The notes under the pieces: model-generated | Told to the model about the DNA's origin: nothing | What the model saw: only the letters and a program-made list of their open reading frames with translations | The model's database searches: none | Program-made: the position numbers and the translations under genes | Assembly (NCBI GenBank): GCA_964432405.1 | Contig: CAYSNH010000009.1 | Location: 1-5,808, forward strand | Length of the DNA: 5,808 nt | Direction: 5' to 3' | Origin: an uncultured Candidatus Saccharibacteria bacterium | GTDB lineage: Bacteria > Patescibacteriota > Minisyncoccia > UBA6257 > UBA11618 | Part shown: positions 4,973 through 5,808 of the stretch, in pieces | Layout: the number at the start of each line of letters is the position of its first letter | Numbering within the stretch: the stretch's first letter is position 1

Positions 4973-5680
4973 ATGAAACGTTTACTTCCCCTATTACTAT
5001 TATTTAGCTTCGTGGTTCCCGCTTCCTTCGCTAATGCTCAAACTTTAGCAGAGCCACAGCTATTAGACGCAGATCAAGTACAGGTAAAGCCTGTCGCAAG
5101 AAAACTTAAAGCTTCCTTCTTATCACGTTATGCACCAAACAGAAACCTACGAGTAGCAATTACTTCTCCTAATGGTGGTGAAACTTGGAAGGCAGGTAGT
5201 AAAGAAACTATCACTTGGGATTACAAATACGCTAAAGTCCCTACCATTGCTCAACATGTGGACGTTAAAGCCTCTCTCTTCTTAATTCATGGCCGAAGAG
5301 GTAGTCTTTCTCGAAGACACATTGCTGATGTTAAATTAGCTGATCGTAAGTACACTTGGGCAGTGCCTGCAGATGTTAGAAGCAGCAAAGGTTACCGAGT
5401 GCTAATCGTTGTTAATGGTAGCAAATGTAAAGTTACCACAAGCTCTGACAAGAGATGTCAGGCATCTGAGGTTCGTGATGCTAGTAACCGATCCTTCAAG
5501 ATTATTGGCAAGGACGGCGTTATTAAGCCAATGCCAAAACCAAAGCCAAAGCCAATGCCAAAGCCAATGCCGCCTAAAAGTGCAGAAGCTATCAAGAAGA
5601 GAATCGACCTATTGCAATCTTTTGTAGATAGAATAGAAGCTCGTATCACTCAACTAAGAGAGATGTTGGCTAATCTATAA
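4973..5680 (+). CDS. Secreted protein: signal peptide, beta-sandwich domain (bacterial Kre9/KNH-like 'Ser-Thr-rich GPI-anchored family' type), Pro-Lys linker and C-terminal amphipathic helix, 235 aa
   Basis: The Sec signal peptide is MKRLLPLLLLFSFVVPASFANA, with an AxA cleavage site before QT and no lipobox Cys. The domain pattern is VAITSPNGGETWKAGSKETITW ... RKYTWAVPADVRSSKGYRVLIV ... C..10..C ... DASNRSFKI. KPMPKPKPKPMPKPMPPK follows, then the helix SAEAIKKRIDLLQSFVDRIEARITQLREMLANL. The domain name is recalled from memory, not searched. Confidence 0.85.
   Translation: MKRLLPLLLLFSFVVPASFANAQTLAEPQLLDADQVQVKPVARKLKASFLSRYAPNRNLRVAITSPNGGETWKAGSKETITWDYKYAKVPTIAQHVDVKASLFLIHGRRGSLSRRHIADVKLADRKYTWAVPADVRSSKGYRVLIVVNGSKCKVTTSSDKRCQASEVRDASNRSFKIIGKDGVIKPMPKPKPKPMPKPMPPKSAEAIKKRIDLLQSFVDRIEARITQLREMLANL
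5525..5572 (+). repeat. Four tandem 12-bp units inside the CDS, encoding (KPMP)(KPKP)(KPMP)(KPMP)
   Basis: The units are aagccaatgcca / aaaccaaagcca / aagccaatgcca / aagccaatgccg. Units 1 and 3 are identical and unit 4 differs by 1 nt. All are in frame with 4973..5680. Confidence 0.9.
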
Positions 5681-5703
5681 AGATTGATACAATATAAAGG
5701 AAT

Positions 5704-5734
5704 CTCCCAGAGTGAGGCTGGGAGTTCTTTTTTT
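5704..5734 (+). terminator. Rho-independent terminator of the sigma / anti-sigma / secreted protein operon
   Basis: The 7-bp GC-rich stem CTCCCAG (5704..5710) / CTGGGAG (5718..5724) has a 7-nt loop. It is followed immediately by TTCTTTTTTT (5725..5734), 24 nt after the stop codon. Confidence 0.85.
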
Positions 5735-5735
5735 A

Positions 5736-5764
5736 TTGACAAACATATTAAGATGTGTCATATT
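5736..5764 (+). promoter_or_regulatory. Candidate sigma-70 promoter for a downstream feature beyond the window
   Basis: A consensus TTGACA (5736..5741) is followed by a 17-nt spacer ending in TGt, then CATATT (5759..5764), directly after the terminator. No credible ORF starts in the remaining 44 nt. Confidence 0.45.
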
Positions 5765-5808
5765 GCCCCACAGTACAGATACAAATCAACCTCAATGGTT
5801 TTTTAAAA

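Noticed and set aside
5409-5649. Two overlapping ORFs (5409..5627 plus strand, 5458..5649 minus strand)
   Set aside because: Both lie inside the well-supported secreted-protein CDS. They stay open mainly because of the CCAAAG/CCAATG repeat, which gives QSQSQC and GFGFGFG translations. These are frame artefacts.
5736-5760. TGACA ... TGTCA inverted repeat as an operator
   Set aside because: The arms are only 5 bp and coincide with the -35 and extended -10 elements. Promoter signals are the simpler explanation.

Overview
This is an AT-rich, tightly packed bacterial window with seven protein-coding genes in two opposed blocks and no RNA genes, CRISPR array, transposase or integrase. No start codon has a recognisable Shine-Dalgarno. 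Together with the small membrane-anchored acidic proteins, this suggests an uncultured small-genome lineage such as CPR/Patescibacteria, which is inference only. The minus-strand block, read right to left, holds a 66-aa membrane-anchored poly-acidic protein (3148..3348), a class I SAM methyltransferase (2370..3092) and a GlcD/D-lactate-dehydrogenase-like FAD oxidase (757..2346). It ends with two tandem genes for membrane-anchored Cys-containing proteins (268..711, and 1..183 running off the left edge). The plus-strand block is a three-gene operon: ECF sigma factor (3538..4041), a single-pass non-zinc anti-sigma-like protein with a very lysine-rich tail (4044..4952), and a secreted beta-sandwich protein with a Pro-Lys linker and C-terminal helix (4973..5680). 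It ends in a clean intrinsic terminator. The most unusual structure is a base-perfect 170-bp direct repeat (58..227 and 586..755). It gives the two tandem genes the same promoter, 5' end and first 42 codons, then fuses them to unrelated C-termini. Other points are recurrent extended -10 boxes 8-9 nt from start codons, terminator hairpins overlapping the next promoter, and an in-frame 12-bp tandem repeat. All functional calls rest on motifs recognised by eye, because no searches were run.
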